Origin: Raillietiella orientalis
Lineage: Eukaryota
Direction: 5' to 3'
Assembly: GCA_036172245.1 (NCBI GenBank)
Contig: JAYWIR010000095.1
Span: 62,001 to 126,000 of the forward strand
DNA length: 64,000 nucleotides
Shown: positions 27,231-41,893 of the stretch, piece after piece
Numbering within the stretch: the first letter of the stretch is position 1
Layout of the letters: each line of letters starts with the position of its first letter
The notes under the pieces: model-generated
The model's database searches: none
What the model saw: only the letters and a program-made list of their open reading frames with translations
Told to the model about the DNA's origin: nothing
Translations under genes and position numbers: made by a program

Positions 27231-30200
27231 AGGAATTTCGTAGAGCTAGGAAGACTATTCGACAACTTCTACGTTATCTTCCCTTTACTCTCATAGAAGC
27301 CGTCTCTTTTCACCAGATCTTCCTCCAAATCACTTCCACCAGATCATCCTTTTCGCGCCGGAAAGGATGGGAGAAATTCAAGTGGTAGAACATCCTTTTC
27401 AGCGTGATGAAGGCAATCTTTATTGTGAGTAGCGACCAGACTTAGTGTTTCATGAAAGCAAAAATGACGCATGCTTTGCTCTAATGAGATTTTTTTTGTT
27501 ATTTCTAACATTTGTACATTCTCACGGTGGATCTGTACGAATGCATATCGGCGTCCATGGACGAGAGGGGCCACAAGTTGATCCACTGAAGCAGATCGTG
27601 ATGGCTTTCCGTTCAGTAATCAATACTGCCAAGGCAAGGAGATGGAGGAAACAGGACTGAAATCCTGTAGGTAACATGAAATGACCTTTTTTTCATCGCC
27701 TTGATTCATCATCAGGGGTCTCCCCCCTCCCTTCCTTGCCTCGAATACTGCACTTACAAAAATGATTTCCGCTGATGATACTTTTAGGGACTGATTGTGC
27801 TGAATACTTTGCAATCCAGTCTTTCAAAGCATTGTACACATGACCTTCATTCAGTACGGGATTGGAAATGGTGTTTCCATTTCCGAGGAAGAAAAAAAAA
27901 CCATAATCACTTCTGGGGATATGAAATTAGGTTTAACTGAAGTTTGTTCTTGGAATCTTTTCGAGAGATCGTTGTTACTGAAGCTGCGTAATATGTAAAA
28001 GATGATCGAATGGATTTGAGGAATCTGCTACTCTTCTTAGTTACTTAAAAGTCTCTTCGTGCTCTCATTCGATGAATTCCTGAATAAATCGAAGTGAAGG
28101 GTTCTCACGCGTCGATTCCACACATAACACTACATGACTGCAGCAAAAACAAATCTTTAGCTCCTAAGCTTTGGAGTTGCTGAATAGTTATTCTACACTG
28201 GAAAGCTTAATAACTAATACTGTTATTGAGTAGCACTACAAAATATGCGGTGTAACCCCATCTACATCGTCTGTGCAGACCATGCGAGACAAATCCGAGA
28301 TTTACTCAGGATGCTGCTGAGACTTTTTATTTCCTCCTAACCACGAAATCCCACCCTAGCTCTTGAAACCGTGGTGGCTGTGCTCCTGGACTTAGTGGCC
28401 GCCGCAAAGTATAAATTTAAAGATATCCCGGATTCATCTTACCGCAGAAAACAAGTAACTTCATAACAAAGTTTAAAACTGTTTGCCTCGAACTCGAACG
28501 TACTCATAAATTCCGCTCCAGGGCTTGCATCTCTTCGCAAAGTTTCTTTTCAACTGATCTTCGTTAGCGGTCCGAAAAGCGCTCGGAGAAAATATTGAAG
28601 CTTTTGGATGTCACTCAGCGGCCCTTATAACGGTCATCTTCTGCATAAAATCCTCATTCTGTATAAGATTCCTCAAATTCTTTGAAAAATTTGGGCTGGG
28701 AGCAAGGTAAAGAAGTTCTTATGTAGGATGCTACCGTTGGTCACAGCATACTCATTTTTCATGCTTACCCCTCGTTTGATCGGTCACGTGGATACAATCT
28801 TGTTGAAATTTTCGGCCTTTCTCCTGGTGCTACCGCAACAGTGTTCTTCAGGAGGGATGGAATGACAACTGTATCTGAAAGGAAGCCAGCAGATGCACAG
28901 CATCCAAACGTGAAAGAGTTCCTGCTATTTGAATTCCAGTTGCACACTTCAGCAGAGACGCCTCCATAGTGAGAAAATGGAGCGAAAAAAAAAAAAAAAA
29001 CAGGAAATTGCCCTTTGCCGCTTATGTTTAACCAAAGGGAGTGATGCGTGTTGGTGTCTACCCCTACTGGTTTTCCTTTTTTGGTCCAGATTTGAATTTG
29101 TCCATACGACGAATCAGAAAAATGTAACAGAAAAATGCAAAATCTCATCTCGTCTGCAAAATTTTCAGGAAAGGTATCAGATTGTTCTCAGAGAGCAGTT
29201 CTCGCCTCCAAATCCGAAGCAGACCCAGGAGGCATACAATCCCTGTCTGAAGAGTCTTCTTTTCTCTGGGCACCACAGTTTTTGAAGTCCCGTTTCTCGC
29301 GCGGACGGGAGCTCAGAAAGTCCTGAACAAAGAAGAACCGATTCTGTGCCTGTCTCATTTCAGGAAGGTTTTTATCCTTCGATCTACACTTCCAACACTA
29401 CCGGCTTCGTTGTCTGTTTCCTCACCAAGTAGCGGGTCACGAAGCGATGAGTTTTTATGCTCCTCCGCACGGAGAACGGAAAGCTTGCGAGTGGAATTCT
29501 AATGTCCTGCATCATGCGAAGAAAAGTTTGGCCACTTTTTTGATTCAAAGGGAGTGGACGAGATCAAACAATGACCGAGAACGACGTTGATTGCCATAAG
29601 TACGATATCATCTCCCCCTCTCTCTCTGACAGTTCTCTCTGGCCAACCTCCAGCTATCCTTGAAGATGATGTGTAAGGGATCTCCTAGTCATGCTCATCT
29701 GCGGATTCAGGTATTGGAGAAGCTGTAGATCGCAACCATTGAAATCTGAGATCTTTTGCAGCCACTATTTATTGCTGCGAAACGTACGGCGGCATCCGTC
29801 GATACGTGGACTTCTAGGCAGGCTGTTCAAATGTCTGAGGATTATGGAACAGTTGAACATAATCAGTCATCGAGGATACAAAGAACAAATCCCTCAGACT
29901 ATTGCTGGCTGACAGCCCCTTAGCGATCCAGATATCATTCCTACTGCTCTCGAGCTCTGCGGAAGAGCTCACAAAAAGCCACCTGTGGCAAAGAAGCACA
30001 AAGGATTCGGTTTGAGCATTCCTGCGATTCTTTCTTCCGAGGCGTCCTCGTGGTGCACGGAAGCTTATAAACGCGTTTCGATCGCGCGTGTGTTGCCGAA
30101 GCAGGAATCGAAAAAAAAAATTTTTTTTTTTTTTTCTTTCTTTCCGTTCAGTTCCCTTTGTTTAAGGAAATGGCAACACCTTATTGCAAAATTTCTTCTC

Positions 30201-32699
30201 CTAGAGGAATCCCCCCTTTAACTGCTTGAGAACAATCGCGTTCCTCTCCTGAAACGAAACGCGCGCGGATGCTCCTGTGCCTGGAACAGGTCTTTCTGCT
30301 CCCTCCCTCCAGGAAACGGAAGACGGAATCAGGAAATTCCCTTTCAGATAACAGATTATCGGTTTCGGTTTTTGTTTGTTCATTTCTCTGTTTGTTTTGG
30401 CTTTCTTCTTCTCCCCTTTCAAGCAAAACATTCCAGAAGAACACTTTTGTGGGATGCAAAGAAGAAACGAAATATATTGCAAGCAACTGCTGAGTGAGAA
30501 GACTCACAACCATGAAAATATTTGGATTAATATGGAAATATTAGACAAGGATAATCACTCTTTCGAAAATTCATTCGCCAGAGGCGGGGCGATTCCGTCA
30601 TCTGGCAGGTGGAATTTGTTGAGGAGGCCCCCCCACCAAAAAAGAAAAAAAAATGTACCCTTTTTTTTTTCTTCTTCCCCCCCCCCCCTTCCGATTTCAC
30701 CTTTTTAACCGGAAAGAGGAAATCGAAATTTCGACTGGATTTGTTCGTCCCCGACTTCATCCAACGATGGGGGATCGAATGCGGCTGACCAGACAAAAAA
30801 AAAAAAAAAATGAACGCATCGAAGTCAGAGAGAAGAAGGACATACCTCGAGGTATGGGAAAAGCAGTGGAGATAGGGGAAAGGAGAGCTTGGCTGCCGCG
30901 CCAGACTTTGCCCATCTGTTCCGAACAGACCGTGTGGTCAATTTAGGTGCGGAGGTCGCCCAAGCTGGCAGAGGCTGTCGTCAGGAGGAAGTTGGGAAGG
31001 ATCGCCTCCGCCGAAATCCCTCCCCACAAGGGTCGGGTCCAGCCTGCAGCTGGTACTGCTGCCGCTCGCAACGAGATCGTGCATCATCCCTCCTCCACGA
31101 GCAGCAGCAGCATCCGAGTTCACAGAAAGATGAGATGGGACTTGACGAAAAATAAAATCGCAGCGCGCGAACGCGAAGTTTCCCTCTTTGTGCTTGCCGG
31201 GGGTGGGGATTTCATGCCTGCCTCTTGAAGATGTGGTGTGACAGGTGTATCTTCTCGCGGGCCAACAACTCTTACGTAAATTCCTGAAACCTTGAAAATG
31301 AAGAACAATCATAAACTAAACTGATTAACAGCAGCTCTTTTGTTTTCCCTGTCCCGCGCATCGGCCGTGAGTTCCTCCTTTTTTTTTTTTTTTTTTTTTG
31401 CATACTCCGCGCTTTATCGTTTTTTTTTTTTTTTTGTCGTTGTTTTCGTTTTCCACTCTTGGAATTTTACGACGGAAGATTGCGAATAACGTCCAGAACG
31501 CTAAGGGACAGTGTCCTTCTATTCAACTCTAATTACTCGCAGGAATTCAATTACGAGTCGTTAATGGAACTGCAGCCAGTGATCCCCGTCGAACGCCGAT
31601 ACAGCAACAACAACATTCCATCAGGTGTGTTTATCCTCTTCGGGAACTCAGCTCACGGAGGTGGTTTTCGACGATTTCCGAGTGGTTTCGACAGTCCGAC
31701 GACGACGATGTATAAATAGTTTAAGGCTGATTTGTTTCATCACTCATACACGGCGTTTGTTTGCCGAGGTTCGTTCGTAATCGACGTCCAAGGTTCAGTG
31801 ACTTATTCGGCATGTGCCAATAGGCTCGTACTAAAGATAATTAACGTTCGAGGAACTAATTTTTCACTGTCGACGTTCCTCCGGCAGTCACATTTCGGAG
31901 ATTCGTTTCATCCATTTCCATGTAAGTTATCATACAAACACTTTTAATTGCTTAATTCTTTCTTTCGTTCTTTCTTTTTTATTCTTCTTCTTCTTCTTCA
32001 GCTTCTCGTTCTGGAAAGAAGACATTAAGGCACCTCTCACGCGCATGGCTGGCAACGTTTTCCGACGGTCGTTTTCGCACGCCGACCACAGAAAGTCTGC
32101 GCGGCCTCTTACACGTCCGTTTCCATCTCAGACGTTTTGATCTGCCACGGATTCCCACAAGCCGAACGTGTCAGCGCATTGAAATGAATGTGGTGTTGGT
32201 CAGCCGTTAAAGGCAGGCAGGGAAAAAATCGCGAGGTACATATTTTGATGGAATATTCCTCCTTCGCAGATACTCATCGACAAGTTGGCATGTCAGGAAG
32301 AGTTGAAGTGCCCTCCGATATCGCAAGAGGGCAAGCCGAAGACAAGTATTAATTGGCAGGCGTACGCAGAGGACGAGGAGCTTCCACTGCCCTACGCAAA
32401 AAGTTGGGCTTCGGATTGCAGAACTGCGACGTGCTTGCGGGGGATTTCATCTCCGCTCAGTTGCATTTTACGGGAAACAGTGCTGATTGATAGTCTTTGG
32501 AATCAATTACTTCATTCCTGGATTCACTAAATTCTGGGTCACTGACAACGAAAGGGGAGCAATGGGGTTAAGGTCGAAGGCCAACGTTTCATCCTGACCG
32601 CTGCTTGGATTAACATGGAAGTGCTCCAACGTGCGCATTTGCCTCGGAAACTAGGCAGTAGAATGATTCATTTATAAATACAGGCTTTAAATAAGGATT

Positions 32700-34050
32700 A
32701 TTTCGAAGTACATTACATGCCATGAGCTCCCAGGAAAAGTGAATCAAATAATATCCCATGATCGGTCAATGTAGCACATTACAATTGCAGGAAGATACAC
32801 TGTTCCCAGATATTATGGTGACTTTTGAACAACATTTATGGGAATCTGCCTACGACCGTACAGATACAGAATCACATTTTCGAGTCAAACAAAACATGAG
32901 ATGTACGAATCTGTACATTTATCTCTGAACTTCCAAGGAGATGGTGAAAAACATTCCTGTGTTTTTTTCAGAACTGCTGTTTCGATAGCTTAATCAATCT
33001 TTGCCTCAAGGAAACATGCTAATTACATATCGAAGAAAGTTTTCGCCATCATGCTCAGTGCTAATTACATCAGAAGAGAAAACACTGCTCTGGAAGAAGC
33101 CAGCATCCTCAAACCTCCAGTTTCCTCTAAACCGAACCCGTCTCGCGCCGTTTGATACATCTTCCGCTCACTCTGCATTTTGCTCCCCCAAATCGTACAC
33201 GCGGCTGAGGATTTTAGGTGAATATGAAAGCTATTGATAGCTTTAACTTCTGGATTGCCCTCTGCCCAATCTGAGGAAAGTGTATCCTCATTGCAGATTT
33301 CCATAGGTAGGCGATGCCCATCTGATCCACTTTGGACTTCATTTTCCACTTGGGAGAAGAATCGATTTCAGCGCAAGTACCGGAATAGACCGTGGTAGGT
33401 GTACCGTTTTTATGCAATCCGATAGCTCGAAGCATCTCCGATCACTGCAGCCGACAACGGAGTTGCGACATGCAGACCATTCTCGAATTTTCACGTGGCC
33501 CCATCTCTAGCCTTAAACAAAAATAACAGCACAGAAAAGCGACTTCGCTTTCGTTTCGTGTGATGGGCGTTCATTCTATTTCCAGTTTCTCGTTCTAGGA
33601 TGACTGATTCCTTCCGTGTACAGATTCCGAAGGCGATTGCATCCCCGGCACGGACTATCTTTGTCTGCAATCCGTTCCAGGTAAATGGGTGGGTACGAGA
33701 GAAAATCGCATCCTGCGGACACGTCAATATCTAAATTTGCCGAAGGATTTGTCAGGTTCCTGCTGAAGGATCGCCGATCCACTCTGATCCAACAGCGCAA
33801 TACTAGAAACCAGATGTTTGGTTTCTCAGCGATTTGTCTACCCACAATGGGAAGATAAACATGGCCTCCGATACGATCAGCCTGATTTTTATAGATTGCT
33901 CCCTGCCCGTCGTTTAACGTGTTCCCTGGTTTATTGTCTACAAAAAAAAAGTCGTTACATTTCACTGTTGATATCTTAGAAAGAAGGAGGAATCCTTAAT
34001 ACTATTATTGTCTTTCAGGAGAAGATTTATGGGAAGTTTTTTAGGGGGAA
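32700..34050 (-). mobile_element. Decayed LINE RT and C-terminal region
   Basis: NQA....GHVY, FLVL....RVDR, VR.RGC, GTPTTVYSG and DQMGIAYLW, in order. Confidence 0.45.
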
Positions 34051-36899
34051 GGCTTCACTTTATTATCCTGATACGAAACGTATAAACCATCATTGTATTC
34101 TTACTTGTGATCTTTGGTCGTAGTTATTGAAATCCCGGAATCTTTTCGGAAATGGCGTCACTTCTACCTGCACTCTGAGACTTGCAGGCGATACCAAAAA
34201 GGTCTTCCTTGCTGTGCGAGAAGAGGAGGAAAAAAAGGGGGGGGGGGTGAGAGGATGGGGGGGTGAGACTGCTCGCTTGCTTGCTTTTCTCTCCTTCATG
34301 TCCACGAATTGTATCCTCTCTCCTGCTTGCATAACCAAGCCTGTTTCTCGCCGCGGAGGCTCTACGCCTTGCGGGAGGGAATTGGACGGAGGGTGCGCTG
34401 CGCACGGCACCCTTGTTTACAAAACGCTCTCGGAAAAGCAAGGAAACAACGGATGGGCCAAGAGAAAACGAAGATGTTTCTTCAGCGAGTATTATTAAGC
34501 AGCAAAAGAGAAACGTCGCCCGCACAAATTATTCGCCCGCGCCGGCCCGTTTGCCCCTGGTGTCACAATCTCTTATTCGTCTTTTGTTGCTCAGAGAAGG
34601 GAGGCACCAGCTGTAAATTTTTATTGTGCTTTCAGGAAAAGTTCATCAGAACAGAAGTGACAGCACCATGCAGGAACTGCTTCTGTCTCGATCCTATCCT
34701 GAACCATCAATCTGGAATCCAAAAATCCAGAACCCTCAGGTCTCTTCGAAGAAAAGGCCGACGGACGCCAACGCCCAATAGCGGAGCAAGGTTGCCAGGG
34801 CAGAGCCTCTTCTGCTTGCGGAGGCACGATCTCAGGAAGGACGGAATGCGAAGGCAGTCTCGAAGGATCGCAAAGAAATCAGCACAAATAGCCAACCGGA
34901 AGCAGCAAGGAGCCTTGCACCTACGACCAACGTGGTAGCATTAAGGTCTCTTGGCTCCTGGAATGCAGGACCTCGCTAGCTGGAGTGGGAACGGGCAGCA
35001 ACTACACCGGCGTCGAATACGTCAGGGTAGGGGAATGACATTTCACCCGTCGTCTCCCTACGGAGGCCAAGGGATGCTTTCTTCTTTTCCAAGGGAAGTC
35101 GATTCGCTCCCTCGTCGCTTTCCCCTGCTTCCTGATGAAGTTTCTCGCTTCCTACGTGCAACGCTCCTCATCTGCATCCATACGGAAAGGTGTTCGCTAA
35201 CGAGATTTGATGCCCTGATGAGAGCAGCAGACAAGTATTCGGAGGCCATTCAATCTTCGTTGGCTTCCGGTAGATCCGAATCTTCGAGACTGTCATCCAT
35301 TTTGCCTAGGTGGCCGGAGACGAGGTCAACTCATCTTTCATCAAGCAACATTCGGGAAAGCACGTGTCGTTCCTCTTGTTTTAACAAAGTTCTCAACTGA
35401 TGTGGGACGAATATCCTCAGGGACGGTGACCGAAAGCAAAAAACGGGAGCAAAGATAAGCGAACAAAGCTCACTCAATTCAGTCTTCAAGAGAAAAAAGG
35501 TGCAGAATAGGAAAGCATCCTCTTGTTCTATTTCTTCTATTCTAGATCGTGTTTCTAATGCAACAAATTCTCCCCGATTTTCCTGCTGATGCCGACTGAG
35601 GCGTAGAGAAGTTCTCGTTCAGCTGGTGAGACCGTTGCGGGGAACGTCATCTCATAGGCGCCGATGGGAGACATTCGCTTTGACTTCCCGTGCACCGTGT
35701 GTGTCTTCATTGCCAATCCCCTGTTGCAGTTTCGAGAGATTGAACTCTTCAGTAGCCATCGCATTTCCCGTACGGCCGTGGCCAAGCTGACCGATCGCCT
35801 TCCTTCCTCGGATAATCACACGTCCACTTCCCTCCTCTTCGAATGGAGCAAAATCTTGCCCTACGGAAGGACTTTTCCGCTCTAGAGGCTGATGTCTTCA
35901 CTCTTGAGAAAATCGAGTGATACTCCAGCAGCTTCCGGTTCAGGAGCTGCGGTAATACTACTGTTCGCCTACGGTCACGTTGATCTGTATGTCGGGTGAG
36001 TGACGGAAGACATTACGAGTGATCTCGTGATTCAGTAACAATAGTCTCCGTTCATTAGAGAAAGGAAGAAATGGCAACCGAAGTGATGCTGAAGCGAGAC
36101 TTTGGGAATGGTTGAAAACGGAGGAAGTGGTGTTTCAGTTAATTTATAACTGGGAAAGGAGTTTCCAAGGAATGTGGCCACAGTCGAATTCTCTCGGATC
36201 TGCCCGCTAAAATGTATGATTATCTAGGGAAGATTGCCTTTTTTTCTTTCTTTCTTTCGAAGTCTTCCTCAAGCCCTAATCAAGATACTGTTCACGAGAA
36301 CGCTGAGAATCGGAACATGCTCGTTCCGCGTCACATGACGAGAAATCCAGGAAACGAATTTCGGTTTCCTTCAGGGAATGAATCAGAAAATGAAATCGTG
36401 CCAAGAAACCAATCCTCTTGTGCGTCGAACACACACACTCGCCTACAAAGTGTGAAAATAGGTTCTATCAGAATAGTTCACTTGAATAGAAGCGAACTAC
36501 GTATAGTTCACTTTTATACAGAACAATACCAGTCCACTCTTCATAGAACAATTTCTCGGTGTCTTTTTGGATCGGCCGATCAGGTGGCTCCTACCTTCTC
36601 GTTTCGAAGAGCCTCAGAAGAAAATCTGAAGAACTGTTTACCAGATGACTGATATCCATCTCCCCGTATGCAAATCTCCAGCAGCAATGCTCCAAGGTAC
36701 ACTAAAGGCGATCAGTATTTCGCGGTTTGTAAACACAGCGAAGGACCGTATGCAACATGAAACGTAGGATCACATTTGAGTTTCTGTACTAATAACATAA
36801 TTTTCTCGCCTTTTGTGGAGGTTCGACAACTGCAGTCGCCCGTCAAGAAGAAAATACGAGAGAGCTTCGAACGTTTCAGGAGAGAATCCTGAAAATCCG

Positions 36900-38150
36900 A
36901 GTTTTTAAAGAGATTAGGATCCAACCGCATCTGTCCTTACTGCCCACTTGTTTAGATTTAGCACGTTGAGGCCAGAATGCCTTATGCCCCATTCGCATAA
37001 TCCGCAGATTCGGGCCATTTTCTGCTTCTCGATTCAGTCCGCCAAGATTGCTGTCAAATCAGAGATGCAATCCTTCGATTCCCGGTTGAGAATCCACAAG
37101 AGTGGAACGGGCTGGTTCAGGTCCCGAATTTCTCCAGGCACTAACTAAAAAACGCGAAACTGCTCAAGGGCAAAAAATAAAAAAAATAATGGCGTTTATT
37201 TGTCTGCTCGACTGTGCATGGAAGGAAGAGTTTCAGCTGTGGAGAAGTCTTTCTATTGGTATGAACGCAAAACAAAAGTCTCCCATCCTCTTGCAATCTC
37301 CCCTCTTGTGTCATCGGACTCTGCATGCATCTGCATCTGATCTACAGCATCTAGAGATTCCCAGACGCCCTCTCATCCAGGTAGTACGAATCAGACCTGG
37401 CAATGCTTTACTTCGTCCATCAGGCCAGAGGCAGGGCCCTCCCTATTAGTGCAATGATTGATTTAACTCTGTAGAAACCTTGGAAAGCCACAAAGTAAAT
37501 CAGGCGCTGATTGAGGGAAAATGTAGGATTCAAAAGAGATGTACGTGTGAGCTTGGTATCTCTTGTTCCGCTTACTTGCCGAAACATCTGAAAGGGATGC
37601 CAATGTGCTGTGGTCCTAAAAGGAGAAAGGCGGTCAAAGCTTCTTTTAACAGTTTCATTCTCACATGTTTCTCCCTTAAGTATTTTGACGTCTTGGGCAA
37701 GTCTTGGGCAGCGCACACAAAAAGCTCTCGAAACGCCTTCGCCGGGACAAACAAGATATAAGAACTCGGAATTGCAGATAACACGAATGTTCCAAGGCAA
37801 AGGTAGCAGAACCAAAGGGCATGATGATTTGTTTTCGGTAACAAGCATCAACGCAACTAACAGAGAATGGACCCATGCAGATGCTAAACGCCTGCCGGGT
37901 GAATCGATGTGTGCGTGTTTTCCCCGGTATATTTTTTTTATCAATTTTGGCAAAGCTGCAAAGATCAAAGATGCTTCCATCCACCGAAAGCAATGCGGCA
38001 GAGAAATACCCAAAACTCTATCGCTCGTATGGGGAAATAAAAGGAAGGCTACGAGGTCTCCAGAACACTCATCCCCTAGCAAAGTCCTTTTAGGTTTATC
38101 GGTTGTGCAATTCTTCACATCTTTCATGTTAAGAAAATCATTGGTATAGG
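36900..38150 (-). mobile_element. Decayed LINE RT fragment
   Basis: ILFVPAKAF, then TQEGRLQ...HTNRKT and VEQ....FFY, resembling RT subdomains 3 and 5-7. Confidence 0.4.
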
Positions 38151-40479
38151 TGATAGGAAAACATTAATTAGTACGGAAGAAAAGTGCTTTGAACCTGAAA
38201 TTCCCATTTGCGCAGCTCTCGATGTTCTATGGAACCGATAAGAGGAACGCATCATTTTTCAAAAAGATAGCTCTGAGACACTGAAATGAGCAAACGTATA
38301 AACTCAGAACAGACTCCATATGGGACTCACTCACTTTGTTCCTCCGAGGAACTATCTTTCTCGGAGGAACTATCTATCTCTCTTTCAGCTCCGGTGGTCT
38401 CCGAGCTGAAGGAGAACTTGAATGCTGAGATCGTCAACTCAGTCCTTTTTTTTTTTTTTTTTAAAGGAAATACTCATTCGCTTTTAACAAGCAAGAGTGT
38501 TCCTCAGCCACGGAAACGGTAAGAAAAGAAGCACACGCTGGCAATCCATTCTTATAATTCCAAATTTTCAGAGGATGCTGTGGTGGCGGAGTTCATTGGA
38601 GAGAGAGATTTTCATCTGTACACCTTGAGATTCAACAACTTCACTGCCTGGTATAATATATAATAAACTGACCATCAGAAACTTCTAACTGATGATAAAA
38701 TGAGGCAAGCATTTAGAGAAGACAGCTTTATGCCAATTCTGAAACATATACTTTGTGACGAAAGCAAAGAATCCTTGGGAAAAAAAGGCTTCAGTCTGGT
38801 TGATGAGGGAAGCGATGATCCTCCCCCCCTCCCATTTATTGTGCCACTTGCTTAAAGTGCTGCTGATGCTGACACAATAGCTCCATGGTGAGATCCGAAC
38901 CTCCTGCTCATAATCGAGCGCAACACGAGTGAACACCCTTTCTAAAAATTCCTTCTACTTCGTTAGCTAGTTCTTCGGACCTGCTTGGGGTTTTCTTATG
39001 AGCTCCTTAATTTCTTAGGAGTTTCTAAGCTTCTCTAGCTCCCTCAGATGCACGCGCCACAGCAAGGTGGCGCAGTTGCCAGTAAGATGTCCTCACGAAG
39101 AGGTATAAATCTATGAGTACTTTTGCTTTGCTTATTGGGATAAAAAATAAGGGACAGGGTAGCTAAGAGTTTTGCAGGGGTCTTTCTTCTTTCGGATCAA
39201 GTATGGTATGATGGATGATGATGCAAAATTTCACAAATCCATAACACCAATAGTAAAGCACGAAGAAGGACAGTAATGGAAAATATGATAATCGACAGAA
39301 TGCTTGAATTTAATCCGAATCTTATTTTACTGTGGCTATCAAAGCAGAATGGGAAAGCGTTTCAAGGATTCTTGGAGAGCACAAAAAAATAAAAAGTAAA
39401 TAAAGCTCTCCTTTTGGCTCGGAATTCATTTTTTTTTCTTTTCGGAACAGCATGGTTCCCGGATCACACCAACAGCCAAGACGTCTTGGACGAAAGATCG
39501 GAGGTATTCCATCCACACTGCTGCTCATCGATCACTCATTAATCTTGAAACGTTCCACATGCGCATCTCCTACGTCATCCTCCCAACCAAGATCTAGGAA
39601 ATTTACTGCACCGGTGCCGGTCGAGAAGCAGCCCGAGGTCTCTCCGGCTCTACTTTTCAACGAGCTGATGACATTTCGTCCCTGCACGTTGCACCAGGCT
39701 CATCGCTCACTTTTTACATTTTGTGATAAACTGCCATTGTGCCGGTATTGAAATGATGCACACAAATATGCCACGTGACGTGCCATTCCGAACTGCTGAT
39801 GCACTCACTACTGATTCCCGCTGCTCGCCGTGCACGGTGATTAGCAACACTCTGCTGTGAACACAAACGGATCACCGAAGTGTTCGATGAAACTGGACGG
39901 GATCGGGAACGTGTCGCCTGTGTGTCAAACGCAGGCACCCAAGGGGAAGCCACTCTTCTGGACCCATCATCTTAGCAGGCCGCCTTCCTGCCATCAGATA
40001 ACAGCGGACACCATCGGAACAGTATCGACTGCATGGGGGAACGAGTTGAAAAGCATCTTCTTGCTAAATGCACCTTTCCCGTGGGATTTCAGCAAACATC
40101 TCTTGCCACTTATTTACCGTTTGAGTTCGGAAAGCTCGGGTACAGATGCTCGGGCGGCACAGATGATCTCCAAGAGCTGCAGTGCACTTTGAAAACGGAC
40201 TTGAAGAATTCTTTTCGTCAAATTCTTTTCGTGCGAGAGGCCAAAGGATTTCGTATGCGAAGAGCCATAGCAGAATTATAGACGTTTTTTTTTTTTTTTT
40301 TCTTTTTGGAGAAAAAAAAAAAAAAAATATCCTGTGAACTAAGGATATCGCAGCAATTTTTATTTCCAGTGTAATAATTGGCCTGTCGAAATAATTCATG
40401 AATCGTTGTGGCAAGAAGACATATTTTTATGATTTAACCGTTTGGAATCACAAAGGAATATTTGACTCAACTATGATGG

Positions 40480-40800
40480 ATTACCTTTCCTATGTAAAAT
40501 GCCACAAATTATCGTGGATATGAGTTATTAATTCTGCTGGAAAATATCGCATAAAGATTTTTAATCGTTTTAAAGCTGTATAATTGCTATACCAAGTTGA
40601 GAATAAAGATTTCGATTTGGGAACAAGGAAAACTAAAGTAACCGTGTATTTTGGGGGACTTAATGATTGGCCATGAGAACTTTAATAAGACGGTATAAAT
40701 TTCTTCCTACAACGGTATTCTCCACTGAAAGTCGAAAATTAGTCAGTCCTCATTCATAATTACTGTTCGTAAATATTTCCTCAGAGGAACCTTTAAAGAA
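40480..40800 (+). mobile_element. Decayed RTE-like RT fragment
   Basis: aattatcgtgga...aattctgctggaaaa reads NYRG..(L)NSAGK across a frameshift. Confidence 0.45.
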
Positions 40801-41499
40801 ACTTCGTAGCAATGTGGCAACGAAAGCAGCAGCATTGCCTCAAATATTCAAAAACAAATAGTTAAGGTACGCAACACACGAATGGGTAGCAAAACAAACA
40901 AACACACACGGGAAAAAAAAAAAAAAAACACACACAGTTCGATATGAAGGCAAAATTCCATCAGAGATTCGTTAACTGCAATGAAATCCGGCTCATGTAG
41001 TTCAGCAAAAGGTTCGTAAGTAAGTAATTCCGGAGATCGTGACACGGTCCTCAGAGGACCAGTCTTTCTGTCATGAGCTTGTTTACGTACTCTGGTTCTC
41101 TTTTTCCTGCTTGGAGACCCCTCCGATGTGCGCAACTCCTTTTGGATCTTGGGGAGGGGGGAGGGGGTCGAGTCCTGCGTTGCCGAAAGCTGATGCGGAA
41201 AGGGTTGCTGGGCAGCCATCCTCTCTCTGCTCAGGCTTGGTGGTAGCGGAAGCAAATGAAGAAGTCGACACGAAAGTGTACAATCTGAATATTGTTGTAC
41301 AATCCGAATATTTCACCAGCAAACTCCACCCGTGCTAGGCAAACACCCTGCGCTTCTGAAAAAGTGTTTCGGGGGCATTTTTTTTTTTCTTCTCTGTCGT
41401 CAGCAGCTCTGTAAGTTTCGTTTCGTTTTTTCCAAGTAAGAGCCGATTCTCGAGCCACTTAGCCATTCCAACAGGCACGACTACGATCCTCAAATTCAC

Positions 41500-41893
41500 C
41501 CGCATGATAAATGGCTCACAAGTTCTTCGGACTGTTGGTTTCCCGTACCATTCTTCCGTGTTACTGTAACCAGCATCCGAACCTCACCTCGCCGGGCAAG
41601 CGTCTCGTGATGCAAATGAGTGTTGCGAGGAGTAACTCCTTCCATGTGAATTGTCTTCGAATCGAAGTTCATGGGGTTGGATCTGCTCGCTGCAAGAACA
41701 GAATTTGATTTCACGCGGCGCGTTTTCGCTTTCCCCTGTTAGCAGGTAATCGATCTAGCGTCATCTCGCATCCCAGGAAGCTGGGTCCTTCAAGCGCCAA
41801 GACTTCAGTTTGGATCCTTCTAATCAAAATTCTGCTCCATCCATCCAGTCCATGAATCACCATTATCATCGCAAATCGCCTACATTCTATCAC
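41500..41893 (-). mobile_element. Decayed CR1/L2-type ORF1 fragment
   Basis: RR...MVIHGL, DRLP and TIHMEGVTPRNTHL....RR.....TRKNG resemble the RRM and C-terminal parts of LINE ORF1. Confidence 0.45.

Noticed and set aside
39450..40280. Possible hAT transposase relic (ITAD.., ITEVFDETG...VACV)
   Set aside because: Motifs are weak and out of the expected order, and I found no TIRs or 8-bp TSD. It needs an HMM search.
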